Assembly (NCBI GenBank): GCA_017134395.1
Contig: CP070993.1
Span: 398,199-462,198 of the forward strand
DNA length: 64,000 nucleotides
Direction: 5' to 3'
Source of the DNA: Candidatus Kaiserbacteria bacterium
GTDB lineage: Bacteria > Patescibacteriota > Minisyncoccia > Phycocordibacterales > UBA2100
Shown one piece after another: positions 39,482 to 49,779 of the stretch. A model generated the notes under the pieces. The model was not told the DNA's origin. It worked only from the letters and a program-made list of their open reading frames with translations, and made no database searches. Position 1 is the stretch's first letter, and each line of letters begins with the position of its first letter. The position numbers were made by a program, and so were the translations under genes.

Positions 39482-39790
39482 CTAATCAACAGGGTTCTCT
39501 ATCTTTCCAGATGGCATCTTCTTAGTCAGCGCATTAGCTGTAATAATATGTACTCGCTTTTCTCCACTAGCGATTGTAAGTGCTTGATTCACAAACTCCT
39601 CAAGTTCATCCGAGTTTTCTGCCACGTATTGCGGCGCACCTGATGACTCACCAAGCCACGGAATAATGGTCACGGGATACTCCGTACCTCGTTTTTCAAC
39701 TAAACGCCTAGCTTCTTGTGAGCTTGTTGCAGTAAAGTTCTTACTACTTTCTAGTGCTTCGTTTTTGAAATTTGTTTCAAGATTCTTCAT
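39482..39790 (-). CDS. Hypothetical protein
   Basis: ORF downstream of argS; likely start MKNLETN. Confidence 0.5.
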   Translation of the reverse strand: MKNLETNFKNEALESSKNFTATSSQEARRLVEKRGTEYPVTIIPWLGESSGAPQYVAENSDELEEFVNQALTIASGEKRVHIITANALTKKMPSGKIENPVD

Positions 39791-39845
39791 ATTATTTTTT
39801 ATATTCTCTCCGGTCTGCACAAGGGCGATCCTTGTGCACAATTGA

Positions 39846-41585
39846 TTACATTCTTTCTAACGCTTGTATACCAAGCAACCAAAGACCTTTTTTTAATGCC
39901 GTTCCTACAGCCTTTGTGAGAGCTAGCTTGTACCCTTGTGAATCACTGCCATCGAGCACCTGCTCAGCTGCATACCAACTATTGTACACACTTGCCAATT
40001 CAGACAGGTAATTTGCAACATAGTGTGGTTCGTATTCGTGCGCAGCACGCTTTGCGGCTTGAGGAAAACGATACAATAAACGTTCTAGCTCAGTGGTTTC
40101 AAAAGAACTTCTTGCTGCAAGAGCATTATTTTCAATATCCCGTTCTTTTGCCTTACTTAAAATAGATTGAGTTCGTGCGTATGTATATTGGAGATACGGA
40201 CCAGTATCTCCTTCAAGGGAGAGTGATTTTTTGGGATCAAACATAATGTCTTTCCCTGCTGTGTTTTTCAGAATTGCATATTTTATAGCAGCCACAGCTA
40301 TCCGTTCCGGAATCTTTTTCTCGTCATCACCCCATCGCTTTTTTCGCATTTCTTCTATAGCTTCCTTGCTTATATCACCTGCATCTGTTGTTAAATATTT
40401 TTGTATTACGTCATTTCTTAAATCTTGGATAAAACTCATAGCAGAAATAACATCACCCGTACGTGATGACATCTTTCCTTCAGTAAGTTTCAACATTCCA
40501 TTTGATACCAGCTTAATTTTGCCAGCCACTTCAGGCATCAATAACTCAGCAGCTTTTGTAACCACTTTAAAATACGAAGTTTGTTCTGTGCCTGTAACGG
40601 TAATTGCCGTATCAAAAGGCCACCATTCTTTTTTAGCAACGATGAGCCCTATGTCTTTTGCCTCATACGTTGGTAACCCTTCTTTGTTTATAAATACTCG
40701 GGTATGCAAATCATATTTCTCTCCCTTAAACACCACGGCTCCTTCACTCTCTTCAAAAACTGAGCCAATATGTGCTTCCACTATTTCTTGCCCAATAGGT
40801 CCGGTAACACTCTCAAAAAAGTAATGATCAAAATCACTACCTAAAATGTCGTACACTTCCTCAAAATAAACAATTGACGCAACCTTTCCAGAATCGTACA
40901 GAGCATTTATTGCATCATCGTCTCTTTGGTAGATAGTCTTATTTAACCTTTTTATTTCTTCAGCTACGCCTTCTTCTTCGTACGCAGTAGCTCCTGTTGC
41001 ATACGCCTTTCCCAAATCAGAAGCCAAAATGGTATCGCCTGCTTTAAAACCATTCTTCTGCAAACCCCAAATAGCCTTCGCAACATGCATACCGACATCT
41101 CCTTGAAAAGTAACTCGTCGTACTTCTGCTCCTGACCATTCACACAGACGCGATAGAGATTCACCAAGCGCGTTTGGCACTAAGTGCCCAATGTGTAGCT
41201 CTTTAAACGGATTAGGATCAGTGTACTCAACCATTATTTTCTTTCCTGCCAGCGTTTCATTTCTCCCCCACTCTTCGCCTTGATCAAGAATAGCATTGGT
41301 TGTATCAATAAAGAATTCGTCAGTAAGATAGAAATTGATAAATCCTGGACCAGCAATCTCTACTTTTTTAATATATTTGTGCGGCTTTATATTCCCTACT
41401 ATTTCTTCAGCCAATTCTTGCGAATTCTTTCCCATCTGCTTTGCAAGAAGCATTGCAACATTACATGAAAAATCTCCATGCGAGAGATCGTTTGGATGTT
41501 CAAGAACTACCTCACCCTCTAAAGTAAGTGTTTTCAGCGCCGTGCTAACGAGTTCATTGATTATTCCTTCAATCGTTGTATCCAT
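39846..41585 (-). CDS. argS: Arginine--tRNA ligase
   Basis: AGPGFINF, EYTDPNP.K.LHIGH, KMSSR.G, GPYLQY..AR. Confidence 0.96.
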   Translation of the reverse strand: MDTTIEGIINELVSTALKTLTLEGEVVLEHPNDLSHGDFSCNVAMLLAKQMGKNSQELAEEIVGNIKPHKYIKKVEIAGPGFINFYLTDEFFIDTTNAILDQGEEWGRNETLAGKKIMVEYTDPNPFKELHIGHLVPNALGESLSRLCEWSGAEVRRVTFQGDVGMHVAKAIWGLQKNGFKAGDTILASDLGKAYATGATAYEEEGVAEEIKRLNKTIYQRDDDAINALYDSGKVASIVYFEEVYDILGSDFDHYFFESVTGPIGQEIVEAHIGSVFEESEGAVVFKGEKYDLHTRVFINKEGLPTYEAKDIGLIVAKKEWWPFDTAITVTGTEQTSYFKVVTKAAELLMPEVAGKIKLVSNGMLKLTEGKMSSRTGDVISAMSFIQDLRNDVIQKYLTTDAGDISKEAIEEMRKKRWGDDEKKIPERIAVAAIKYAILKNTAGKDIMFDPKKSLSLEGDTGPYLQYTYARTQSILSKAKERDIENNALAARSSFETTELERLLYRFPQAAKRAAHEYEPHYVANYLSELASVYNSWYAAEQVLDGSDSQGYKLALTKAVGTALKKGLWLLGIQALERM

Positions 41586-41631
41586 CGCCGCATTGTAGCA
41601 GTTGTCACTAAAAAACGAAGACTTTTGCAGA

Positions 41632-42630
41632 CTAATATCCGCCCACGTTCGCGATTGGCGCTTTTAGTGTCGAATGCGGATCATATCCTTCCAGTTCAAA
41701 ATCATCAAAAATAAAATCATCAATTTCTTTTCGATCAGGATTAATTTTAATTTCTGGAAATGCACGTGGTTCGCGTTCTAGCTGTTCGTTTACTTGATCG
41801 AAATGATTTGAGTAAAGATGCACATCACCAAAGAAGTGTACGAATTCCCCAGCCTCAAGACCAGTAACTTGTGCCACCATCTTCAAAAGAAGTGCGTAAC
41901 TCGCAATGTTAAATGGTACTCCCAAGAATAAATCAGCACTTCTCTGATAAAGACCTAGGTTTAGTTTTCCGTTAACGACCGAAAATTGGTAAGTAGTGTG
42001 GCAAAAAGGAGGCACTTCGTTTTTATTATCTTCTGACGCCATCGCATAGATGAAATCAGGGTTCCAGGCAGATACAACATACGATTTTCGAAATGGCTTC
42101 TCTCGCAAACCCTTAATCACCCAGCCCAATTGATCAATCTCCCTTCCGTCGCTTGCTGGCCATCTGCGCCACATCCGGCCGTAGATAGTAACTAAATCTC
42201 CCCATTCTTTAACAAACTCACTGTCTTCTGCCTCTTCTTTTAACTGAGCGATGAACGCTTTTTGCCCATCATCTTTTTCGCCCTTCTGTTCCATGTGCTT
42301 GTGATACCGCTTGTATGCCCACTCATCCCAAATATGTACGTCGTTATCTACAAGATACTTTATGTTTGAATCGCCGCTCAAAAACCAAAGGAGTTCATGA
42401 ACAATCCCACGAAAGAATACCTTCTTGGTAGTAAGTAATGGAAATCCTTTCGAAAGGTCGTACCGGGTAGCCCGTCCAAAAACAGAACGAATGAATGGGG
42501 GTTGTTCGCCAGCGTCTACGTACTGCTGCTTTACTTCTGGTGTGAAAAAAACCTCTTTATCTGAGCCATTCTCAAGAATATCTTTCATGAGATTTAAATA
42601 CTGGTACTCAGGGTGTTGGTTATTTTCCAT
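41632..42630 (-). CDS. thyA: Thymidylate synthase
   Basis: [37 protein letters not shown]. Confidence 0.96.
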   Translation of the reverse strand: MENNQHPEYQYLNLMKDILENGSDKEVFFTPEVKQQYVDAGEQPPFIRSVFGRATRYDLSKGFPLLTTKKVFFRGIVHELLWFLSGDSNIKYLVDNDVHIWDEWAYKRYHKHMEQKGEKDDGQKAFIAQLKEEAEDSEFVKEWGDLVTIYGRMWRRWPASDGREIDQLGWVIKGLREKPFRKSYVVSAWNPDFIYAMASEDNKNEVPPFCHTTYQFSVVNGKLNLGLYQRSADLFLGVPFNIASYALLLKMVAQVTGLEAGEFVHFFGDVHLYSNHFDQVNEQLEREPRAFPEIKINPDRKEIDDFIFDDFELEGYDPHSTLKAPIANVGGY

Positions 42631-42632
42631 AT

Positions 42633-43196
42633 TTATTTTTTAGTTTTTCGTGTCTTCTTTTCAGGAGTTAAGTTTTTCTCCCAGTTGTCACCATTAAAGC
42701 GCCCTGTCTCTGAATAACTGTGTTCGGTGCTTGACGAAAGTGGTGAAAATAGCAATTGTGCTATCTCCATTCCTGGGCGCAAAATTATAGGTACACTATT
42801 AACATTAAATAATTCTAAAGTTACATGAAGATAGTGCCCAGGATTTATAATTCCTGCTGTGTTATGTATAACAAGCCCGATGCGAGCAAGAGAACTCTTT
42901 CCTGAGAGCTGAATGAGATACTGCTCTGAACCGACGTAATCACGAAGTGTACCAAGCGCCATTTGCCCTGGGTTTAATACGAACCTACCACCATCTGGAA
43001 CTTCAACCTCCCGCATTTCAGGCAAAATCTTCGTCATAGGATCAATCGGGTGTGCGGTATGCGATTCCATGACGGCAAATTTATTACCTAAAATTACATC
43101 GTAACTTGCAGGCTGCAGTCGCTCTTCATCAAAATCGCTAATGACGATATCCTTATTTTCTATTGCCCTCTTTATGTCTGTGTCGGTAAGAAACAT
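42633..43196 (-). CDS. dcd: dCTP deaminase
   Basis: [25 protein letters not shown]. Confidence 0.92.
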   Translation of the reverse strand: MFLTDTDIKRAIENKDIVISDFDEERLQPASYDVILGNKFAVMESHTAHPIDPMTKILPEMREVEVPDGGRFVLNPGQMALGTLRDYVGSEQYLIQLSGKSSLARIGLVIHNTAGIINPGHYLHVTLELFNVNSVPIILRPGMEIAQLLFSPLSSSTEHSYSETGRFNGDNWEKNLTPEKKTRKTKK

Positions 43197-43201
43197 ATAC
43201 T

Positions 43202-43858
43202 TTATTCGACGATAAATATTTTGTCAGTCCCATAATACTCAGGCCAGTGTTCATTGTAATATGAAAACATGCGCTCGAGTCTATCTTGTGGGAGCTCCTC
43301 GATATCAAACTCTTTCATTGCGCTAATTATTTGAGCTCGGGCCTGTTCAGCCTCAGCTTCATCAGTAACAACTTTCTCAAATTCACTAAGCCATCCGTAT
43401 CCAGCATTTTTATCGAGAGTTATGACTAGATCTTTGTATGTATACTCCTCTCTGTCTCGCGACCACCGTGCTTGACATTCCATTCCTGCGTTTAAAAGAC
43501 AGTTGTCCAACTCCTCAATCGAAAGTGGCACTTTTGTCTCATACTCCATGCGTGACACTGCATTCTCGCTTGTTCCGTCGTCAATTGATGCCTTTACCAC
43601 AAGAATCACGTCATCATCTTTTTTACGAGTACGAACCGAGTGGTTCTCTCCTTTGGTAAGAATATTCTGCAAATCTTCTACTCCATCCATAATGATATCC
43701 TTCATTTTGTCGAAGATACTTTCGGTAGTTCCTTTAAAATAGTGGTTCAACTGCGAGTTTGACCCTGCGAGAACACCTCCTTGAGCGATTAGTTTTTTAC
43801 GCAGCTCGTCTGCCCTCTCTTGTGTACCAAGCAAACTCTTTACCTCAATTTCATACAT
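43202..43858 (-). CDS. CYTH/triphosphate tunnel metalloenzyme family protein
   Basis: N-terminal EIEVK (ExExK), RTR, REEY, TLDK..GYG...EFE. Confidence 0.75.
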   Translation of the reverse strand: MYEIEVKSLLGTQERADELRKKLIAQGGVLAGSNSQLNHYFKGTTESIFDKMKDIIMDGVEDLQNILTKGENHSVRTRKKDDDVILVVKASIDDGTSENAVSRMEYETKVPLSIEELDNCLLNAGMECQARWSRDREEYTYKDLVITLDKNAGYGWLSEFEKVVTDEAEAEQARAQIISAMKEFDIEELPQDRLERMFSYYNEHWPEYYGTDKIFIVE

Positions 43859-43923
43859 GCAGGTGATTATATCACTTAAGAAATTATCCGTACCCCTTGC
43901 ACTACATGCTATAGTATTGTGAT

Positions 43924-44415
43924 ATGAACAATCGAGTTATTGCTATAGCTGCTATATCTAAGGAACGCCGAGCTCTTGGAAATAAGAACGAATTACTTTG
44001 GAAAATTCCTGGTGATTTACCTCGTTTTAAAGCCCTCACTACAGGTCACCCAATAATTATGGGCTACAACACATATCTTTCTTTACCAAACTTGCTTCCA
44101 AACCGTACGAACATAGTAATGACTCTCGAGCCTAATATCGAAATCAAAGGTGCTGTTGTAGTTAACTCAGCCGAAGAAGCACTGGCGGCAGCTAAGAATT
44201 CAGAAGGAAATGAAGAGATATACGTTATAGGTGGTGGAATGATTTACAAAGCTATGCTTCCCTTTACGGACGAACTTGATCTCACACTCGTTGATGATGA
44301 GCCTGAAGCAGATGTCTTTTTCCCAGAGTACTCAGAGTTTACTGAAGTTCTAAGCGAAGAAATTCATGCAGAAAGCGAACCACACTTTACACGCGTAACA
44401 CTTCGTCGTCCATAA
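43924..44415 (+). CDS. folA: Dihydrofolate reductase
   Basis: LG..NEL.W.IP.DL..FK.LT.GHPIIMG, LPNRTNIV, VIGGG.IY. Confidence 0.95.
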   Translation: MNNRVIAIAAISKERRALGNKNELLWKIPGDLPRFKALTTGHPIIMGYNTYLSLPNLLPNRTNIVMTLEPNIEIKGAVVVNSAEEALAAAKNSEGNEEIYVIGGGMIYKAMLPFTDELDLTLVDDEPEADVFFPEYSEFTEVLSEEIHAESEPHFTRVTLRRP

Positions 44416-44420
44416 TAATA

Positions 44421-45695
44421 TTAGTAGTGCTTATCAGGAACTGGAAACTTTGCAGCTAATGCTTTTATCTCCTCGTGAACCTGTTTCTTTACGCTATCAT
44501 CTTCGTGACTGCGCAGCACTTCAATCATTAATTCCGCAACACGAGCACACTCTTTCTCAGTAAAACCTCGTGTAGTAATAGCAGGAGTACCAAACCGAAT
44601 ACCTGATGGTCGCATCGGTGGATTTGGATCATCGGCTATCATGTTTTTGTTTAGTGTTATTCCAACCTCATCAAGTGCCACCTCTGCAGTGTGTCCGTCG
44701 ATACCAAAGTTGGTAATGTCTGCAAGAATAAGATGGTTGCTGGTTCCACCGCCAAGCATTCGTACTTCTTCACGCTCAAAAACCTCTGCCATTGCAGCTG
44801 CGTTTTTTACCATTTGTGCAGCGTATTCTTTAAAACTAGGGTGAAGTACTTCATCAAACGCTACAGCCTTTGCTGCTATTTGATGCATAAGCGGACCACC
44901 TTGTAATCCTGGGAAAAGACTCTTATCGATTTTCTTTGCAATCTCTTCATCAGACTTCACCAAAATCATCCCCCCACGTGGTCCACGCAGTGTTTTATGT
45001 GTCGTTGTAGTCATTACATCAAAACCATGATCAAACGGGTTCTCGTGGACGCCACCGGCTATTAATCCGGCAATGTGTGCTGCATCCATTAGAGAAATAG
45101 CGCCCACTTCTTTTGCAATATCTGCCATTTTTTTGTAATCGAGTTCACGACTGTACGCCGAGTACCCAGCGAGTAGAATTTTAGGCTTCTCGCGAAGTGC
45201 CACGTCTCGCATTTCTTCGTAATCTATCTCACCAGTTTCGGTGTCTTTCATTTTGTATCGAACAAAGTTAAAAATCTTGGTTATGTACGTCACCGGATGG
45301 CCATGCGTTAAGTGTCCGCCGTGAGAAAGGTCCATACCAAGTACCGTGTCGCCTGGTTCAAGGAGTGCGAAATACGCGGCTATATTTGCATTGGCACCAG
45401 CGTGGGGCTGTACGTTTGCATACTCGCAGTTAAATATTTTTTTTGCACGATTCCGTGCGATATCTTCTATTGAGTCGGTAAATTCCTGCCCGCCATAGTA
45501 CCGCTTTCCTGGGTACCCTTCAGAGTACTTATTTGTAAAAATGGAGCCGCTTGCTTCACGTACGGCAAGTGAAACGTAGTTCTCTGAAGGAATGAGTTCT
45601 AAGCCTTCTTCTTGTCGTTTCTCTTCGCCTCTAATTGCGGTGTAAATATCGTCATCTTGCCCTTCTAAAAAAGGTATGTGTTGTGGTGTAGCCAT
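44421..45695 (-). CDS. glyA: Serine hydroxymethyltransferase
   Basis: LIPSENY, NKYSEGYPGKRYYGG, TTTTHKTLRGPRGG. Confidence 0.97.
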   Translation of the reverse strand: MATPQHIPFLEGQDDDIYTAIRGEEKRQEEGLELIPSENYVSLAVREASGSIFTNKYSEGYPGKRYYGGQEFTDSIEDIARNRAKKIFNCEYANVQPHAGANANIAAYFALLEPGDTVLGMDLSHGGHLTHGHPVTYITKIFNFVRYKMKDTETGEIDYEEMRDVALREKPKILLAGYSAYSRELDYKKMADIAKEVGAISLMDAAHIAGLIAGGVHENPFDHGFDVMTTTTHKTLRGPRGGMILVKSDEEIAKKIDKSLFPGLQGGPLMHQIAAKAVAFDEVLHPSFKEYAAQMVKNAAAMAEVFEREEVRMLGGGTSNHLILADITNFGIDGHTAEVALDEVGITLNKNMIADDPNPPMRPSGIRFGTPAITTRGFTEKECARVAELMIEVLRSHEDDSVKKQVHEEIKALAAKFPVPDKHY

Positions 45696-45832
45696 AGCAA
45701 TAAATTAAGTAAATAATATTCTTTTTACTAGTAGCTAGACCATACGCATTGAGTTAATTACCTTGAGTATACCACTCCCACTTTATGCGACAATATTCAC
45801 AAACCATGTAGCTATGCTACGCTGTTTCCATA

Positions 45833-46273
45833 ATGAAATATCACTTTGAACGTACTTTTACAGATTGGTTACGAAAATTTTTGTCAGCTCCTTTCGTTCT
45901 GATAATGTTCCTTCCGCTTATTATTCTCGATGTCTTTCTTGAGATATATCATCAAATAAGTTTTCGGTTGCTAAAAATCCCGCGTGTACCACGCTGGGAC
46001 TATATTCGTATTGATAGACACAAACTTAGCTATCTGACGCCAGCACAAAAAGTGTTTTGCGCTTATTGTGGTTACGCAAACGGACTTCTACCCTATGCAG
46101 CAAAAATTGCAGCAGAAAGTGAAAAATACTGGTGTGCAATAATGCACAAAAAGAATGAAAATGATTCTTTCATCATTCCTGACCACCATAAAGATTTTAT
46201 TGAACATGGCGACAAAGAAACCTATGAAGCTGAGATAGAACGGGCAAAATCTGAAGCAAAAAAGTCTCACTAA
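45833..46273 (+). CDS. Conserved hypothetical membrane protein
   Basis: TM helix then DRHKL.YL....K..C.YC.YANG...E.YWC. Confidence 0.7.
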   Translation: MKYHFERTFTDWLRKFLSAPFVLIMFLPLIILDVFLEIYHQISFRLLKIPRVPRWDYIRIDRHKLSYLTPAQKVFCAYCGYANGLLPYAAKIAAESEKYWCAIMHKKNENDSFIIPDHHKDFIEHGDKETYEAEIERAKSEAKKSH

Positions 46274-46318
46274 ACAAAAACGCCTCATCCGCCAGCTGGC
46301 GGATGAGGCGTTTTTGTT
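46273..46318. terminator. Bidirectional terminator containing CCGCCAGCTGGCGG palindrome
   Basis: AACAAAAACGCCTCATCCGCCAGCTGGCGGATGAGGCGTTTTTGTT perfect palindrome between convergent genes. Confidence 0.8.
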
Positions 46319-46333
46319 ATCGTAGAGAAAAGA

Positions 46334-46756
46334 TTATTCTGTTTCGATTCCCATTGATCGTGCAGTTCCTGCAATAATCTTAGCACCCGCCTTTACGTCG
46401 TTGGCACTAAGGTCTTCCATTTTCACAGCGGCGATATCTTCAAGTTGCTGTTGTGTAACTTTACCTACTTTCTTGCTGGTGTTCTTCCCAGACCCTTTCT
46501 TTTCTCCAATTGCCTTAAGCAATAGGCTTGAAGCAGGAGGTGTTTTGAGAATGAAGTCAAAACTTCGATCGTCATACACGCTAATAACAACTGGGATTAT
46601 ATCGTTACCAAGTTCACGAGTTGCCTCATTAAATTGATTTACGAATTCACCAATGTTAATACCAGCTTGCCCCAATGCAGGACCCAAGGGTGGCGCAGGA
46701 GTTGCCTTACCTGCCGGTACTTGTAGCTTCAATTGTTTTTCTATTTTCTTTGCCAT
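46334..46756 (-). CDS. rplK: 50S ribosomal protein L11
   Basis: [29 protein letters not shown]. Confidence 0.97.
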   Translation of the reverse strand: MAKKIEKQLKLQVPAGKATPAPPLGPALGQAGINIGEFVNQFNEATRELGNDIIPVVISVYDDRSFDFILKTPPASSLLLKAIGEKKGSGKNTSKKVGKVTQQQLEDIAAVKMEDLSANDVKAGAKIIAGTARSMGIETE

Positions 46757-46778
46757 ATTAATTGTGTGAGAATACTAC

Positions 46779-47324
46779 CTAAATTCGCCGTACTTGCAAG
46801 AAGTCGAGCTCTACTGGTGTCTCGCGACCAAACATAGGCACCATAACTTTAACCTTACCTCGCTCTTCGTCTACTTCTCCAACCTTACCTTCAAGTTCTT
46901 TGAAAGGCCCATCAGCGATAACTACAGCGTCATCAATCGCAAGCTCAATCTTATGCTTTGCCGTATCAGATTCCATTCGTTTAAAGAGCGCATCTACTTC
47001 TGCCTGCTCCATAGGTACTGGTTGTGTACCTGAGCCAACGAAACCAGTTACACGAGGAGTGTTACGAACTACGTACCACGACTCGTCGTTTACGAGCATA
47101 TCTACGAGCACGTACCCTGGGTAGATCTTTTCTGCCTCCTCTACCCGCTTACCAGCCTTTACCTTTATTTTCTTTTCGGTAGGAACAACGACTGCAAAAA
47201 TTTGATCTTGCATGTTCATTGACTCAATACGCTGACGCAAGTTGCGAGCAACTGCCTCTTCGTACCCTGAATACGTATGAATAACGTACCACCGACGTTC
47301 TAGTGTTGCTTGTTGTTTCGCCAT
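46779..47324 (-). CDS. nusG: Transcription termination/antitermination factor NusG
   Basis: WYVIHTYSGYE, PGYVLV, VRNTPRVTGFVG, MFGRETPVEL. Confidence 0.97.
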   Translation of the reverse strand: MAKQQATLERRWYVIHTYSGYEEAVARNLRQRIESMNMQDQIFAVVVPTEKKIKVKAGKRVEEAEKIYPGYVLVDMLVNDESWYVVRNTPRVTGFVGSGTQPVPMEQAEVDALFKRMESDTAKHKIELAIDDAVVIADGPFKELEGKVGEVDEERGKVKVMVPMFGRETPVELDFLQVRRI

Positions 47325-47327
47325 AGA

Positions 47328-47504
47328 TTAAATTATCTGGTTTAGAAGGCCGCTAAATACATAGTCGAACGCTCCAAGATAGAGTGCGACAACGATAGAC
47401 AATAGTATCACCAAGATAGTGAAAATCATTGTTTGTTTTTGTGTTGGCCACGAAACATGCTTCATTTCAGCATGTGTGTCCTTAATATATTGAATAAGTC
47501 TCAT
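47328..47504 (-). CDS. secE: Preprotein translocase subunit SecE (below ORF cutoff)
   Basis: Manual translation MRLIQYIKDTHAEMKHVSWPTQKQTMIFT...; EM.HV.WP motif, upstream of nusG. Confidence 0.92.
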   Translation of the reverse strand: MRLIQYIKDTHAEMKHVSWPTQKQTMIFTILVILLSIVVALYLGAFDYVFSGLLNQII

Positions 47505-47607
47505 AGAATATTTTTACCAAAATTAAAACGCCCTTTCGGGCGGTTATATGACTATAATACGGATATTTTGCGCTGAGTCAAGATGTATCGTCTGGTACTG
47601 CTCTTCA

Positions 47608-47630
47608 ATATGGACATCCGATGTCCATAT
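47608..47630. repeat. REP-like palindrome GGACATCCGATGTCC (copy 2)
   Basis: ATATGGACATC-C-GATGTCCATAT. Confidence 0.7.
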
Positions 47631-47711
47631 ATCTTATTCAAATTAAGTGGGCAAGTAGTACTGCGGTTAATAAGATATCGCGCTATACAACTCTTCTTTC
47701 TGTTTTGTATC

Positions 47712-48305
47712 TTAAATCGAACACGTACCTTCTCCCCCAAGACACAGTGAACGACTTTTAGTTGAACCATTGGGTTGTGAGCGCTTGGTTAACAACAAAA
47801 TAGTATCTCTCATCTCCTGTAGCGACATCACTCCTCGCTTATGGAATAACACAGTCCCTTCTTCATCTACAAACACCGTTTCTGGCATGCCAAATCCTTC
47901 GATGAAGCGATAAAACGAATCTTGTGGGTCAAATAAGATATGTAGCTTATCGCTTAGCGTTAGTGTCTTCAAGAAGTCTTGCGCATCCGCTGAAGATTCT
48001 CCACGATTAATAGCAATCACGGGCACCTCAGGAAACTCATCGGCAAGCAGAGCAAGATCTGGCAATTCTTCTACACAAAACGGGCACCAGCTCGCCCATG
48101 CGTTGATAACAACAACAGGAGCTTTGTACTGCTCGAGTGTTTGGCAATTTCCATTTTCATCTGCATACGTCAGTGAATATAGTGAGCCCTCATCGTATGT
48201 ACACGCTACCCCTTCTTGAGGCTGCAAAAGAAAGGAAATACTTCCAATAATTACAATTGTAACGAGGAGCAAAGACACTGTTTGTTTTGTAACAAATCTT
48301 TTCAT
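47712..48305 (-). CDS. TlpA/ResA-like thiol-disulfide oxidoreductase
   Basis: WASWCPFC..ELP, GMPETVFVD. Confidence 0.88.
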   Translation of the reverse strand: MKRFVTKQTVSLLLVTIVIIGSISFLLQPQEGVACTYDEGSLYSLTYADENGNCQTLEQYKAPVVVINAWASWCPFCVEELPDLALLADEFPEVPVIAINRGESSADAQDFLKTLTLSDKLHILFDPQDSFYRFIEGFGMPETVFVDEEGTVLFHKRGVMSLQEMRDTILLLTKRSQPNGSTKSRSLCLGGEGTCSI

Positions 48306-48307
48306 AT

Positions 48308-49369
48308 CTAGAGCATTAATTCTGTTTCTGGATGAACAGCAAGCCAAGAGAACCAAAAACCTCCAATATACGAGAACGGTGTGTCACCAATGTTCATTCG
48401 CACCTCACCAATTTCGCTTTTAGTAATAGTTATCGTCTCACCTGCAAACGTGTCGGTAGTAACACCCACTGGGAGACTGTCGGCAACATATGCTTTAAAG
48501 TTGCCCTCATGCTCTACACCAAGTACATATTCCTTAGGATGCAGCCGTGCATCGCTAAACGTTGCACCAAATGATACATCTCGATTTGTGTAGTAATCAC
48601 CATACGGATCTCGTCCGTAGATACGAATTGCTCCAGTGTCTTTTGAGAGTACTTGAGTTTCTGGGTATTGCTTCTTCCAATCGCCAAATTTCACTGTGTC
48701 TGAAGGTACAATAGTGAGCCGTTTTCCAGTATGAACTCCCGTCACCGCACGTCCAAGTACTTGTGACCACAGTGACTCGTTGTCTTCATTATTGGTTCGG
48801 TTGTACATCAGTAAATTCGACTTCCATAGTTTTCCTGAAACACCAAACTCTACTACCTCGTCGTCAACGCGACGTTCATAAGTAACGCCAGTACGACACA
48901 GTGGACAGTACGTGACTGCAACAGACAATTCTTCTACAGACCCATTCACCGGCAATACATCGTTTACAATCTCATGCCACACGAGTATTTGGAACGGGTA
49001 AAAACGGGCAACATCTCCATGCACAATGCCCATACCAAAATCATCGTCGTCTAAAAATGTTGCCTTCTCTACTGAAATGAATTTCGGCTCATCGATTGAA
49101 GGGATTCCGTCTTTCCCAGGGCCACCTGAAAGGATTTCATCCTCGGGTATCCCTTTGAAACCATCATCGGCTGTAATTTTCGGAGTTGTCTGTGTTTGTG
49201 TGTTTGTGGTTTCAGAAACTTCTGAAGGAGTGGTATCTGTTATTGCGGAGTCTGTTTTTTCAACATCTGAAACGACTTCGGATTCTTGGTTATTTGCCAT
49301 ATAGAAAAAAATGCTAGCGATTAACACGATGATAACGATGCCTATACTCACTATTTTAAGATTATTCAT
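48308..49369 (-). CDS. DUF3179-family protein
   Basis: GGPGKDGIPSID.P.F, HEIVND, TYCPLC, FGVSGKL..SNL.MY, ESLWSQ. Confidence 0.8.
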   Translation of the reverse strand: MNNLKIVSIGIVIIVLIASIFFYMANNQESEVVSDVEKTDSAITDTTPSEVSETTNTQTQTTPKITADDGFKGIPEDEILSGGPGKDGIPSIDEPKFISVEKATFLDDDDFGMGIVHGDVARFYPFQILVWHEIVNDVLPVNGSVEELSVAVTYCPLCRTGVTYERRVDDEVVEFGVSGKLWKSNLLMYNRTNNEDNESLWSQVLGRAVTGVHTGKRLTIVPSDTVKFGDWKKQYPETQVLSKDTGAIRIYGRDPYGDYYTNRDVSFGATFSDARLHPKEYVLGVEHEGNFKAYVADSLPVGVTTDTFAGETITITKSEIGEVRMNIGDTPFSYIGGFWFSWLAVHPETELML

Positions 49370-49374
49370 ATTGT

Positions 49375-49653
49375 TTAAAAAAATATTTCTAAAATGTGCA
49401 CTATGTTGTGTGCCACTCGTGTATCTGCAATTTTGTAACACACAGTTTGCCCTTCTCGTTCACTGATAAGCACTCCTTTGTCTTCCAGATCGTTTAATTG
49501 ATGGCTCACTGCAGAATGCGATACGCTCATACCTTCAGCTATTTCTCCTACACACATTCCATCTTTGTTAACAACAAGAAGTTTTAGAATTTTGCACCGC
49601 GTCGGGTCAGCCAGAATCTTAAAGACAGAAGCAGTTTCTTGTGCCCAATTCAT
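49375..49653 (-). CDS. ArsR/SmtB family transcriptional regulator
   Basis: FKILADPTRCKIL, CVGEIA....VSHSAVSHQL. Confidence 0.9.
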   Translation of the reverse strand: MNWAQETASVFKILADPTRCKILKLLVVNKDGMCVGEIAEGMSVSHSAVSHQLNDLEDKGVLISEREGQTVCYKIADTRVAHNIVHILEIFF

Positions 49654-49671
49654 TTTCTTCTCAGATTTCGT

Positions 49672-49691
49672 ATATGAATGTATGCTCATAT
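49672..49691. promoter_or_regulatory. Probable ArsR/SmtB operator
   Basis: ATATGAATGTATGCTCATAT imperfect palindrome ~20 nt upstream of the ArsR start. Confidence 0.6.
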
Positions 49692-49779
49692 ATTCATATC
49701 ATACCCTACCCTCCGAATCATGCAATGCTAATCGCATACAAAAACAAGGGCCCAGAAAAGATTTCTGGGCCCTAATGTC

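Noticed and set aside
39437-39482. DnaA-box-like words (TTATCCCCA, TTATCTACA)
   Set aside because: Few, degenerate, no unwinding element or dnaA nearby
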